A DNA stretch of 64,000 nucleotides from Amoebophrya sp. A120 (lineage: Eukaryota; Protista; Dinoflagellata): contig CAJINV010000002.1 in assembly GCA_905178155.1 (NCBI GenBank), positions 9,311,412 to 9,375,411 of the forward strand, read 5' to 3'. Positions 39,907 to 52,600 of the stretch are shown piece after piece. Each line of letters opens with the position of its first letter. Within the stretch, counting starts at the first letter, position 1. A program made the translations under genes and the position numbers. The notes below the pieces were generated by a model. That model did not search any database. It was given only the letters and a program-made list of their open reading frames with translations, and was not told the DNA's origin.

Positions 39907-42900
39907 TGAGGCTGCGTGTTGCATCGGCGTGCGTGTCCTCTTTGTTGAGCTTTGTAAATAAGTAGTTTAAACCAAAATCAATAAAAATAACTTGGGCGCT
40001 CGAGCCAGAGTTGAGTTTCTCTCTTTAGATTGTTAAATCACGTTTCGATTCAAGATACTGTTTACACTATCGTTTCGACATCAAATAAGCTCCCAGACGA
40101 AGTTGCACTTCGTCAGGCAAAAATCATCCAAGATGGGTCGTAGAGATTTCCTTTTTTTTTCGAAAAGAAAGTAAGAATTGAAATTGCATCAAAAAAGCGG
40201 TGTCATGCTACGCGGAAATGCGAGCGTATTTTTTCGAAAGGAAATAAAACAATCAAACAAAGATGCGACCGATAGTGTATTGCGGCGTTTATTTGCAAAG
40301 AACAACGACGAGCTGCTATACACCAGCTGGCGGCTTCGTTGCTGTTTCATCCTCCTAACGGGCACGGGCAGAGGCAGACTGCACAAATCTGTTGCAGCGC
40401 AGTTTTTGTTGACCACTACTTCATAGAAGTGCATCCTTGCAGCACAATGATCGACGAAGAACCAGCTTTAACATCCGTTTCTGTGCCCTGCGGCAAGGAA
40501 CGCATTTTGGTTCCCGTTTCTTTCGTTCAGGTATGATCTGTTACTCTACTCGGCCGCAGCAACCTTCTGCGACACGATCTGTTAATATTGTCGCCCAGTG
40601 GAACTACTTCTCGAGCTTTTACGCAGGCGGCGCTAGTGGCCGCAGAGAGAACCCAGAGATCTCACTATCAACAGGCGGGGATCAAAATCGATACTGCGCG
40701 TTTGATCATAATACTTTCAATTTAGTATTTCGCATCGGCACAATGAAGAAGCATTGCTAAAGCGATTGATATGCATGGTTGATGCTGCATGATGATGCCG
40801 CGACGCACTTACGATCTCTTTCTGGTCGATAGTACAAGATTGCATCAACTAACTCTACTCGCATGAGGTGACATAGCAACTTTCTGTGGTCCGCATCTTC
40901 ATCATCGATTACATTCAATTTTCATCCGAAAATCCAAAACACAGCAGGCGACTATCAGTGAGACCTTCGGAGATGAGGTATTGGTACCATTGTATGGGTT
41001 TTAGTATACACTGACTTGTATTCTAACCGTGTACCCATCCGAAGTTTTATTACTAGGGTAGGAGTTTTAGTTTTTCTTTTTTTGTCTTGTGACAAGGACA
41101 AAGCAGCAGGAAGTATCATTCCATGACTACCTTTTATACGCAAAAAGGTCGACATTGTGTCCGTGTCTTCACTAAAGTCGTAGCACACATGTTTTGTGAT
41201 TTGCGTACTACACATGTGTTTAGGGAAATATGATCTGAAGAGCTTTTGTCTTCATCAACTTTCCACCTGAAATTCGCGTTTATTTCAGCAAGCAGGAGAA
41301 GCAATTTTCATTTTGTGTGTGGCTCAGTCTTTAATGGAAAAGAAGTACAAGAAAAAAAAAGACTCTACTTGTTTTGGCACGACGTTTAGTCACTCCTATC
41401 TCGTCGAATAATAAAAGTCAAGGCGACTTCTTGCCTATGGAAAATAGCCCTACGAAGAAAGTTTAGTTGTAGAAAGATATTTGCTCCACAAGTGTTGCTT
41501 TTCGTAGCTTGTAGGAAGACGAAATAGCAATCGGTGCTACAAAATTTATTCGAAAATTGTTGCTAGGCCACACGGGGCAAAAAATTGCAGTCAAATTGAA
41601 ATGGTTTATTTCTTTCTTCCGAGTCTCAATACTCAAAGCAATAGCACTCACACTTACTCTACATGGATATTATTTGTTAGGTTTTCCAACTGAAGCCGAC
41701 CAAAACACTACACTTTTACTCCTAGCGGCTTCGAGCATTGCTGCTCCAGCAGTGCCTATCGACAGCTATTGCAAGCTAAGAGCACAAAAACGAAGACTAC
41801 AGGAGCAAAGGTGTTTGGCGTTGGTTGGGGGAGACACCAGCAGCGAAAACGAGTAGACGACATCGAGCCGTTGCAAATTGTCAAATCACCGACTCGCGAG
41901 AGGTTCTTCCAGAGAACGTTGTAAGTCAACGAGTCACGGCATTTTTGCACTGCACTGCGACGGAGGTGACATTTAGATTTACCGAGATAATTCTTACTAG
42001 TAAAAGAGTCTATTTATACAGTTTTGAGCTAATGCTCTTGCTCGCTGGCTTGTCCTCGTGCTTGTTCTTGGACAGATGCAAAATGAATAAATCCTTTATC
42101 AATCTAGTAAAGCTACGAGGCAGCCTGCAACTTATCCCCAAAAGTTATGGGCGAGGCTGCAAGAGCAGCAGCGGTTCCGATGACTGAACGCACTGCGCAG
42201 CAGGAGGTGGAGGCGCCGCGGAACTATAGGGTCAGTCTCAGTCGAATGACGCCGGAAGAACAGCTATCTTCACACGTGTCCTCTCCAACTTTGTCTTGCG
42301 CACCTGCGGATGATCTGTTTGAAGTCGACCAGTTGTTCAGTCCAAGAACAATCACCCTAACTGCGACCCCAGTCGAATTCCAGCACTTTGCCTCGAGGAA
42401 AACGGAGGACATGGGCAATTTTTGTGAATCTAACCTGTGCGAGGTAAGGAATCACGCGTAAACGGAACTACACAAGTCAGAACCTACTCCTCGCGGGGTA
42501 AAGAAGTGGAGTAGAAAGGCAAGAACCACCTGAATTTTCTTTGACAGCAACTTTCTTAGCAGCTGCTGCTGCACGAAATATTCACAAGAGCACATTCTGA
42601 CATTGATCAGACTCAGAAGTGTCCGAGTCTGCAGCACCAATTCCTGTTTCACTTTCAGCACGACGGGTCATGATCTACAGCTACCTGACGCGGCACGGCT
42701 GTTCAACATTTTGACTGGCGCACGACGACGAAGCTCCTGCTTGAACCGGCTTGAGGGTCCCTTTGTTCGTCTTTTCCAAGAAGTAGAGTAATAAGTAATA
42801 AATCGAAGCAGACCAACGCCGGATAGAACTAGAAGCACAAGCCAGTAAATGTAAATCTATACCAGAAATTATATATGTTACCGCGGAGAAGAACTTCCTG

Positions 42901-43709
42901 ATCCTGAATCAGGATCAAGGACGCCCCGCCTCCGACCCGAGGCTTCTAGGAGACGCGGCTGCGGAGAACGGGAGCAGAAACAGAGGCAAGCTGCTACTTG
43001 AAAATCCCGAGCCGTTTGACGGGAGCACTTGGTCGGAACGCGATTCAATTTTCGGAAGAGCACGAAACCAGATCAACAATCTCACCGTCATTTTCTCAGC
43101 AGCACCAAATCAAAACATAGAACAAGAAGTTTTTTCGTTCTTACTTCGTTCATCTGGTCGTGGACAAGGACATTCGAAGATCATGATGCAGCCTGAAGCT
43201 TGTACAATCGGAAACGACTTATAGCAAACGCTCTTAATCGCCGAAACCGCAACACGCCCAACCTCCAGTTCACGATTCTTCCTCTCTTTGTCTTTTGGAT
43301 TTCGGCTCGGTCGTCGTAACAAGGAGAATAAAACCAAGGAGCAGACACATCTTGTTGTAGCGCGTACCAGCAGGAGCACGCGATTATTTTTAGCGACCTC
43401 CAGGATGCACGGCAGAAGATGATGAGTCTAGCTAGTGCAACTAGCATCGCCGTTTGAAAAAGAAGTGGTGCGAGTAGTTCGTCGCAGTCGACACCATCGT
43501 CTGCCCTTCCGTTCCGCCTTTTTTAATATTCTCCATCTTGTACGACTTCTACACGATGTAGAATAGGTAGTAAAAGAGCGACCGGAAGTTCTTGCTCATC
43601 AACGACTACGACCACAGTCTTCAGAACTACCGACAATTTCCGCGGAGACCCCAGTCGTCGTGTCATTTTGCCACATTGTCGTTTCATCCCAACATCACTG
43701 AACTACAAA

Positions 43710-46700
43710 ATGGTGAAAATCATTCGCGACCACGAGAGCATCGAGGATGCGGTCCGGGTGATCTGGGCGAAACGCGTGGTCCCCCCGTCCCTCCAGAAGA
43801 TCCCCCTCGCGACCTTTATCCTGGTTTTGTGCGACACCCTGAAAAAGCTCCAGGTGGCGCCCCCCTCGCAGGACTGGTACCAGGCGGCGTTCCGCAACTT
43901 CGACCAGGGCAACACGGGCCAGATCACCCAGGGGGACGTGGTCGATATCACGGTGCAGTACGTGAATGCGTATTTGCAGCTGAACAGTTCACGGATGAAC
44001 CGAACCGCGTCGACCAGCAGTAGCTCGCAACAGGGCACCGCTCTCGGGAACAGTTTCACGTCCGCGAAGTCGCAGGCCGCGGGCAACAACGGCGCGACGG
44101 GGGGCGACCACCGCCCTTTCAACCAGTGGCTAAAGGACGTGTGCTGGCAGTCCTTCTGTTTCGTGGACTCGGATTCGGTGGGAAAGATCAATTTTGCGAA
44201 GATGCGCGTCGCCGCGCAGTCGGTGTTCGACCAGATTTATTACCATGAAAAGTGCCCCCTCCCCATATCAAAACAGAAATCTGTGATGCAGATTTGTGGT
44301 CGCAAATCAGCTTTGTGATGCTAGAAGGCAAAAGATGCGGACTGTAGTGCTGCCTAGCGTGGGAAAGCCTTGCAGCTCCAGGATGACAGGAGGCAACTGG
44401 AAGTGGGAAACAGCATGACAGACTGCCTGCAATTTAGGCCGCAGCTTCGTCTCTTGGCCTTCTAGCAAGACAAGTCGATTTGTGTACTCAAATACAGCAT
44501 CACAAATTCGCGCATCTTCCGTTTCCGATATGGGGTCGGGGCTTTTTTCACTTTGATAAGATTGGGAACGTCTCCATGCCGAAGGACGAGTGGTTTCAGC
44601 AAGCCTTCAAAAACTTCGACACAGACAGCGACGGATATCTGATATCGCAAGAAAAAAGTGTTACAGTTACACATTGTGTTGCAAGACCGGCAACACAGAT
44701 AACCTTTCTCATGCAGGAAATGCTTGGGAGCCTCGTTTCCTTCCTGTTTTCCGTTTTGATTTTCGCATTACAAGTTTTCCCTGCCACACAGAGAAAATTT
44801 GTGATGCAGAAAATCCAACAAATGTGTAACTGTAACACTTTTTTCTCGTGATATCTGAAGTACGACGACTACTACGAAATCATGCGACAGTACATCAAGG
44901 CGCTGAAGAAGCGGAACATAAACCCGGTCAGAAAGGGACAAATGGGCACAACGGCGCAAACGCTGGACATGAAATTGTGCAAAGCGACCTATCTCGCATT
45001 ACAGGACGTCGACCCCAAACACACGGGCAGGTAAGTAGAAGTACTTATTTTCAAATATCTTGGCGTAATATGAGAAATTTGAATTTTCATTCTTTCCATC
45101 ACGATAATAAGTATGCTGTTGATCTGACGAAGTATGGAGGATGGAACGGCATGCGCGTGCTGTCTTCTTTTCTTTCTGTCGTGCATGATCCGAAGCCCCA
45201 AGAAGTGCTGCCAGCACATCATGAAGCAGAATCTATCGTAGAAAAAGCTCGACCCAATTTTTGTCACCAGGATTGACTCGGACCAATGCGTGGAAATGAT
45301 CAAGCGTGTGTGGCGCTTCGTGCCGCAGATGGGTCGGCAGCCCAGCACCCGGTGGTGTAAGGAGGCGTTCAAAAACTTTGACCGGAAGAAGCAGGGTTCC
45401 ATCTCCATCGAGTCCTTCTGCGAAATCGTGCGGCAGTACGCCGCGCAGAAGGTCGGGATGTACCCCAAGGGGTTTGACCACAAAGGGGTCCTCAACGGCG
45501 CGAATCTGGAAAATATAACCCTGGGGTCCGGCGGCGAGGGCCTGAAGCCTGGGGAGGGCATGGACGCGGTGCATTTCCTGGGTCACGTCATCATCCCCGT
45601 GTTTACGGAGAAGGCCAAAGTGCTGCAGGACTACACTTTCATGGAAAAGAAAGGCGAGGGCGCGTTCGGAAAGGTATGTTGCGTTTTTCAAATCATATGT
45701 TTCATTTAGTTTCAAACACTTCATCTTCGGCGTGATGGTGGTGCTGCCTTTGCACTACTGTTGTACACTGGAATATTAAAGTTCTACTCCACAACTTCAC
45801 CTGCTTTATTTTTTAGAAAAACCAGCACACAAGAACATCAGGTCTGCACCGTGAAGCACCTGCGCACCGGCGTTTTGCGAGCGTGCAAGTCGATCACGCT
45901 GAAAAACAAGGACCAAGCGATATTGTGAGGAAAAAAGTCCCCACCCCAGAGTCGAGATGGAGTCTTTGCAACACAAATCAACAAAGTTTGGCTGTTGCGC
46001 ATGACAAGTTTGCGTCTGTAGCATAGTCGCGCTTGGCTAGCAAAGCTACATCACAAATCTAGCCCCTCATCCTGATTAGAGCATGACAAAGCCTCAGACA
46101 GCATGAGGAAATGGTCCTCGTGGTGCCTGCGCATGAGACACAATTTGGGCATGCAAATTTGCATGAGAACTCTGGGGTGGGGACGTTTTTACACAGGATA
46201 GGCGAAACTGGTGGAAACGGAGATCGAACTGATGAAGGAGCTGGACCACCCGAACATTCTCCGGTATCAAAAGGAAAAATCCCCCCTCCCCATATTGAAA
46301 GCGCATCCATCTGAAAATTTGTGATGCAGATTTGTGACCACAAATCGCGTCTGTCTTGCAATAATGCATATCCAGGCTGCCCAGCATGTTATGCAGGCGA
46401 TTTGTAATGCTGTAGGGCGTACAGTGCAGCCGCCCACCATGCTAGGCGCCTACGCCACAAGGCCCCTACCTAGGCTTACGAGCTGCGTGCAGTGCTCTAC
46501 TGCGACACAAACTTGATTTGTGTACTGAAATACAGCATCACAAATTTCGTTTTCGATATGGGGTGGGGGCTTTTTTCACTTTGATATCCGGCTCTACGAG
46601 GTCTACTATGATGAGGACACGACCATCTATCTCGTCACGGAGCTGTGCAACGGTGGGTCGCTGTTCGACCGTTTGATCTTTCACACCCGCAATCTGAAGA

Positions 46701-49497
46701 AACCGATGAGCGTATCCTATGTGAAACCGTCCCCACCCCATAGTCAAGATGGGGAATCGGCTAGACAAATCCACAAGTTTTGGCTGTTTTGCATGACAAA
46801 TTTGAACTTGTAGTGTAGTGGTGTTTGAGGTAGTTCAGCAGCATCACAGATCCAATATACCATGCTGATTGGAGCATGACAAATTTCAAAGCGCGAACAT
46901 AAAATGTTTCTCATGGGGCTCCGCATGAGAAACATTCTCAGCATGCAGATTTGCATTACAACTACGGGCTGGGGATGTTTTTAAATACGATAAAGCGAGC
47001 GCCAGTCCGGGCGGTACGTCCAGCAGATCTTGCTATCCAAGAAAAAAACTGTGTTAGAGTAACTTTCTTTGGTTGACAGCATCACAAATTTGCTCTACAT
47101 GACAGAGAAAACCTGTGATGCGCGTCTTGTAAGGGAAAACACACATGAAAAGAGGACTTCATGGTTGTCTGGCATGACAGGCGTGACTCTGTTGCATGTT
47201 CTGCATATACAGAGTTACACTTACACAGTTTTTTTCTTGCATACTTGCAGGCCTTGGCATACTGTCACAGCATGGGGATCGTGCACCGCGATGTGAAGCC
47301 CGACAACGTGCTTTTTGTCACCCGCAAGGCCGACTCGGCGGTGAAGGTGATCGACTTTGGCCTGAGTGATTTCATGCGAAAAATCGAGGCGGCAGCGAAA
47401 ACCGTCAAGATCAATGCGGACAAGGAAGTTTTAGCCGACGGGATTCGCCGGTCGTTAGGCATTCCGGTTCCGGAGATACCCGACCCCCTCGTTCGGAAGG
47501 TGATGCCGAAAGCGGGCACGCCCCACTACATGCCCCCAGAAATGCACCACAAGTCCTGGTACTCACCACGAGAAAGTTATTTTTGATACCCGAAGAAGAT
47601 GATCACGTCGTGGGCGTGTCGATAGTAGCCCACAATGCTGACGATCTTCATTCACATAAAGAGGCATATGCACAGGCAGCCAAATTGCGCACGCAAAAGA
47701 AGAAGCTTCACATGAAATTATTTCATCTCCATGGCTATCGCTATCACGATTTTTGTCCATTTAAGTGTTTGTTCACCGCCTTGTTCCAAGAAAATTATTT
47801 GAATTTTTCAGGTACGACGCCAAGGCTGACGTATTCGCGTGCGGCATTATGCTGTACCAGATGCTGACGGGCGTCCACCCGTTTTTCATTCCGGGAAAGG
47901 ACAACGCGGAAACGGCGAAGCAGAAAATCATTCTGTGCAAGGTCGACTGGCCTGCGGACTTGTGGAACAACCTCACCCCCCTAGCGAAGGAGATCACGGC
48001 CAAAATGCTCGAGGAAAAGCCGATCAACCGGTTTGATTGCGTGGAAGCGCTGCGGCACCCCTGGTTCAACAGCAGCAAGAAGGTGACGGCCCCCATTCGG
48101 AATTCGATCGTCGACTCCTTGCTCCAGTTCCAGCAGCACAATAAACTGAAGCAAGCGGTGTTACGCTTGCTCGCAAAGGAGGTGGACGAAGAGAAGATTC
48201 TTGAGCTGCGGGACCATATCGCGAGAAAAAAGTGTTTCACTGTAAGGATTTTGCAAGTTTTGCATCACAAGATTGCTCTACATGACAGAGCAAATTTGCC
48301 ATGCGAGTTTCCTAAGGGAAAACACAGCTAAAAGTCGACTGTCGTGCATGTGTAGCAAAACAAACACTTCTAAGATTACATTTTCTGCATTAGAAGCAGT
48401 TTTTTCCTGCGATAGACTAATTCACCGCGATGGACACGTCAGACGACGGAATTTTGCAGCTGCAGGAGGTGTATGCATTGCAAAAGCATCGTACTAGTAC
48501 AAACTGCATTACAAGTTTTTCCTAGGAAAAGCTTGAATTTGTAATGCTGGTGCACCTAAAGAAGGGAGATCTGTCATGCAATTATATTCATTGGGATTAG
48601 CACGAGTGCAGGAGTACTTTTGCAGTGCATAACGTGGTGGAGGCCGCACGGAACGTGGGGATTTCCGTCCCCAACCGGGAGATTGAACGTATGATGTTCA
48701 CGCTCCACGGTCCGGGCCTTGGCGAGGCGAATTTGGAATTGGGGCTCAACTACCGCGATTTTGTCTCCGCACTAGTGGAGAGAAAAGTATTGAATCAAAT
48801 TTGAAGGGTTCTTTTGTTGTGCGGCTTGGATGTTGTAGTTGTGCGATGAATGGTGTACGAATTGTAATATATAGTATTGTGCGAAAAAATTATGAAAGTC
48901 GTACACGATAACCCCATTTTCAGGTCGTGATCGAGAAGAACCACCTACTCGATATCAAATGTAAAAGTGTCTGGGTCTGGAAGAATGCAACTTGTCACGC
49001 TAAATCTGAAGCATGCAAAAATCTGTGTTGCATGCTTACCAAACGCTGTCCACTTTTGACCTACTCGAGAGGCAGTTTCTCATGCAGGATAGGCATGATG
49101 GAACTCGCACAGAATCTGTCATGCTATGTCCTACATGCCAGACCTCATGGGTCATGGAAAACCTGCAGTCCTAAGTGCCATCAGCCATGGTATCTGGAAA
49201 ACCTGCATGACAAGTCTGGCAATCTTCCAGACCCAGAAATTTTTACACTTGATACTCGAGATCTTCAAGCGATTCGAGGACCCCGACGACCCAGGTTACA
49301 TTACCTGCGACTCCATCAAAAAATCGATTAAAGCGCACCGTCGTGGCGATACCCGGCGCACGATCCAGGAATCAGATTTCGCCAGCGCGGAACTGCAAGA
49401 AATACTCGGGGCGGGCAAGACCAAGATCAACTTCGAGACGTTCCTCCATGTGTGCTTCGAAAAGGGACAGGTCGCGGACACCCCACCCGGTGGCTAG
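43710..49497 (+). CDS. CDPK-like kinase with N-terminal EF-hand repeats, 886 aa; paralog of 33394-39906
   Basis: Exons 43710-44237, 44564-44642, 44859-45030, 45271-45673, 45842-45920, 46206-46264, 46592-46712, 46998-47033, 47249-47558, 47812-48216, 48420-48471, 48637-48786, 48924-48952 and 49260-49497 total 2,661 nt. Four GT-AG introns and nine introners; colinear with the upstream paralog. Confidence 0.92.
44238..44558. mobile_element. Introner family B
   Basis: CCCCCTCCCCATATC / GATATGGGGTCGGGG TIRs with TAT...ATA ends; DR AGATT. Confidence 0.93.
44643..44853. mobile_element. Introner family C
   Basis: TATCGCAAGAAAAAAGTGTTACAGTTACACATT...AATGTGTAACTGTAACACTTTTTTCTCGTGATA; DR TCTGA. Confidence 0.95.
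45921..46200. mobile_element. Introner family E
   Basis: TATTGTGAGGAAAAAAGTCCCCACCCCAGAG...CTCTGGGGTGGGGACGTTTTTACACAGGATA; DR AGCGA/GGCGA. Confidence 0.92.
46265..46586. mobile_element. Introner family B (inverted relative to 25938)
   Basis: Family B TIRs; DR TCCGG; removal gives NILR-LYE. Confidence 0.95.
46713..46992. mobile_element. Introner family E
   Basis: TATCCTATGTGAAACCGTCCCCACCCC...GGGATGTTTTTAAATACGATA; DR GAGCG/AAGCG; removal gives PMS-ERQS. Confidence 0.9.
47034..47243. mobile_element. Introner family C
   Basis: TATCCAAGAAAAAAACTGTGT...ACACAGTTTTTTTCTTGCATA; DR CTTGC. Confidence 0.93.
48217..48414. mobile_element. Introner family C
   Basis: TATCGCGAGAAAAAAGTG...CAGTTTTTTCCTGCGATA; DR GACCA/GACTA. 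Confidence 0.92.
48472..48631. mobile_element. Introner family D
   Basis: TATGCATTGCAAAAGCATC...GTACTTTTGCAGTGCATA; DR AGGTG/ACGTG. Confidence 0.92.
48953..49254. mobile_element. Introner family A with an internal 40-bp degenerate duplication
   Basis: Family A TIRs; DR CTCGA; removal gives [11 protein letters not shown]. Confidence 0.95.
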
Positions 49498-49643
49498 TTG
49501 TTAGTAAATCGGAACTATTCATCCGAATAGCACTAGAGGCTCTACTAGTAGCACCAAAAGTCGATTAGGCTGGTCGTAGTGGATCGATCATTGACTAAGT
49601 CTACTCTGCGACGCGGTTGCCCAAGCCTCGGGCAACCGCGTCC

Positions 49644-49689
49644 TTCAGACGCTAATGGCGGCGCTCGTTCAGACGCTAATGGCGGCGCT
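49644..49689. repeat. Short tandem duplication (24-bp period)
   Basis: TTCAGACGCTAATGGCGGCGCT twice. Confidence 0.8.
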
Positions 49690-52600
49690 GGGTTGACTAA
49701 AGTTGTAGTTCTGTTGCCGTTTCTGTTTCTGTTTCTGGTTTTTAACGCAACACATGCAAGGCTTCAGGTCGAAGAAGCAACTTCAAAGGTCCTCTGAAAA
49801 AGAAGACTGCTCATTTCGACGCTAAAGAATATTGAGAAGGGTGCAGTTCTTGTATGCAGTTTTAGTGGAAAACTCAGATGATCCTGCGGTGACAGAAAGA
49901 GAGACGACCGGAACAGTCAAGTGGAAGTGTGTCAATTCCGCAAGTCAGTCGCACTCCTAGAAGATTTCAAATAGTATGTAGATGCGGTTTTTATCTTCAT
50001 CGTTATCCACCGAGCAGGTGGTACACGTGAAAGATGAGGCTCCGTCGTGATTGGAGGTATGAAAGTGAAAGGCAGAAACAATGCGGCGTCGTCCGATGAC
50101 ACGTAGGGAAGCTAGTAAGATGATACTAGCCCTAGCGCAACGTCGTGGCAGTGGCAAATAACGGCTCTTACGTGTATTACCTAACGGACGCTTTTGCTTT
50201 TCTGGCACCGGCTTCACCCCCTTCTTAGTTCGAATACAGTGGTCTCACCCTTTGGGCCAATAAGCATAAAAATATAGTGATTGACTCTTCATCAACCAGC
50301 GACCTTGCTTCTGTGTGAAGCAGATGCTCCTAGAGACGGATGCTCCTAGAGTTTTTATTTAGAGTACTGTAGTATTTGTATTTGAAAAGTTGAAGAATGT
50401 GCGGGCAAGAAAAAGAAAAACTAAAACGACATGTATGCATCTATACCCATATAATGAAGTAACAGATCCCGATACTAATTGTCCTACTGGATAAAAAGTA
50501 CTCACAAGAACAATAGCGCGAGCGCTCCGTGGTTGTCAGCAACTTCGATGTAACATAATGCAAAGCTTAGTCTCTTTCTCTTTGCCAACATGTTGTGGGC
50601 CGACAGCATATTAAGCAGCAGCATTATGATTCATCTCTCTCGGGGTGGTCGTGCTTCATCGACACCCAACGAGCGTGATTCGCGGATAGTCAAACGAGGA
50701 ACTAACTCTGGCTGGTAGTATCTACCAGCGTAATAGCCATTTTTAGTTTCGCTTGACTGACCGGAATTTCAGCCCGCAAGACGAGAAATAAACGTACTTT
50801 TTTTCATCTTCTATTGCTGCCGATGTAAGCGACGAGGCAAGTCCAAGTGAATCAATATCAAGCGATTATATCCATGTGACAAGCGATGTAAAATTCTCTC
50901 AGCGACACCGACGAAAAAGCAAGTCTATCCAAGAAAGAGATGAACAAAAATCAAGAGCGATTTAAAGCGAGGAAAAAAAGACCCGATTACCTCCGCCACT
51001 GCGTAGGATGAGTCATTCGTTTTTCTTGAAAATGGTGTGGGACGGTAGTCAAGCTCTAAGCCGACCAAGCCAACATCCAGCTGGACCGCACTGTTTCCCA
51101 GCATCGTGCTATTTCTCGTCTAGTAGAAGCGAGGTGGAAAGATTAGACATTAGAGCACCTTCGGCTGCCGAATTTTTTTTCAAAAATGTAATGATGATGA
51201 TGTCGTATTTCGTTCTGTGATATTCTGGAAGAGGCATTTGACAGATACAGTTTTTTTGAATTCAAATTTCTTGTGGAGGAAAGTTGGACTCGCAGATTGA
51301 GCTTTCTGTCTTCGCTGCTTCAAACGTATTTTCGCTTGTCGTGTGTGGTTCCCGTCTGCATCTTCTGTTTCTATTGTAGTACCAGTTGCATTATGGAAAC
51401 TGATTATCGAAGGAGCGGCAAGGAATTGCAGACTTTCTAGCTGTAGAGCGAATAACCGAGTACGAATTTTCTCCTTAAAAATGTTATTTCTCGCAACGTT
51501 CTTACCCGGTCCTCCTTGACCCAGACTCTCTCTCCACAGGTAAAGGTCATGTCCCATTGAGATTACCTCGTTCGTTCGTGTTTGCAGAATAACCTTACCG
51601 CCGTGTCGACGAGAAGTAGCTGCAAGCAATAGTACTTACCAAGAAACTTAACGCCATGCTTATTGTATTTCGTTTGTCCTGCTGCTTGTTTTTTTGGTTT
51701 TTTTTCCGGCAAAAGGCACACTACCAACGTACGTCATCATCATTTTCCGGAAGTGACTGCTTAGCCTCCGGTTCTGGAGTCAGCTTTTTCCACCTTCTTG
51801 GTCGTTTTTTGAAATTTTTAAGTGGGTTGTCCTCTTCTTTTGATGTTGTTGCTACTTCTCGCTTTGTGTATTGGAATTTTTTTCCCATCAGAAAAGAAAA
51901 AAGATCGGATGCCCAGCCGAGAACTTCCGAAGGAGGTCGTAGTCCTAGGCCTAAATCAATGCACATCTTTTTTAGAAACTGCAAGACGAAGCGATGTTTG
52001 TAGTCGTATAGCAAAGCCGGCCTTATGCACATTCTCGTTTATTTCTTGCCCATTTGCACCAAACACGAGCATCACCCCTTGTCATAACGCACGTTTTTAG
52101 GCAAGAATGCCCTATGATGCGCATGCGCTGTCCCTGTCGCTGATATGATACTTTTATTTTTCATTGGCGGTCGAAGTAGTCTTCTCTGCGCATAATTCTT
52201 CAGCTACTATTCTTGTAGTTGCAAAAACTACAACAAGAAAACCTTCAATGAATGTTTCATTGGCTCAATAAGCGACTTCATAGGATTTGACATATCTTTA
52301 TCTATTTATTTACGTTTACCTTCCATGATGACGAGACTGGAATAACAATATACAAAAGACTGCCGTGCGTGCCAACTAAGCCCTCTGCCAATCGTAGTTA
52401 CTTCTACGTACGGTGCGTGTGTTGTTTGTGTAGCTGCATTGTCTTCAATTCTGCCAACGTTTCGACTCGAACAGGCAAACGGTCGCACTTCACATGGTGC
52501 CAAACGATCGCAGACGCAGAAAACGCAAGCACGGCGACCGCCACTCAACGATATAGAATCCGAAAGCGATAACAGTCAAACAGTGCTGGCTTCGGCTTTG

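Noticed and set aside
42147-42791. Possible small + strand gene with a GTAAGG donor at about 42443
   Set aside because: No recognisable domain, and no convincing exon chain could be built.
24707-49254. CRISPR-like interpretation of the repeated ~30-bp sequences
   Set aside because: The repeats are inverted pairs at element ends, irregularly spaced within eukaryotic genes; no cas genes.
51180-52032. Possible minus-strand exons (Lys/Glu-rich 103-aa ORF)
   Set aside because: No homology signal or clear start; left uncalled.
50733-52270. Partial matches to the dinoflagellate spliced leader (TAGCCATTTT, TTGGCTCAA)
   Set aside because: Only 9-10 nt long, separate from each other, and not placed at clear gene starts.
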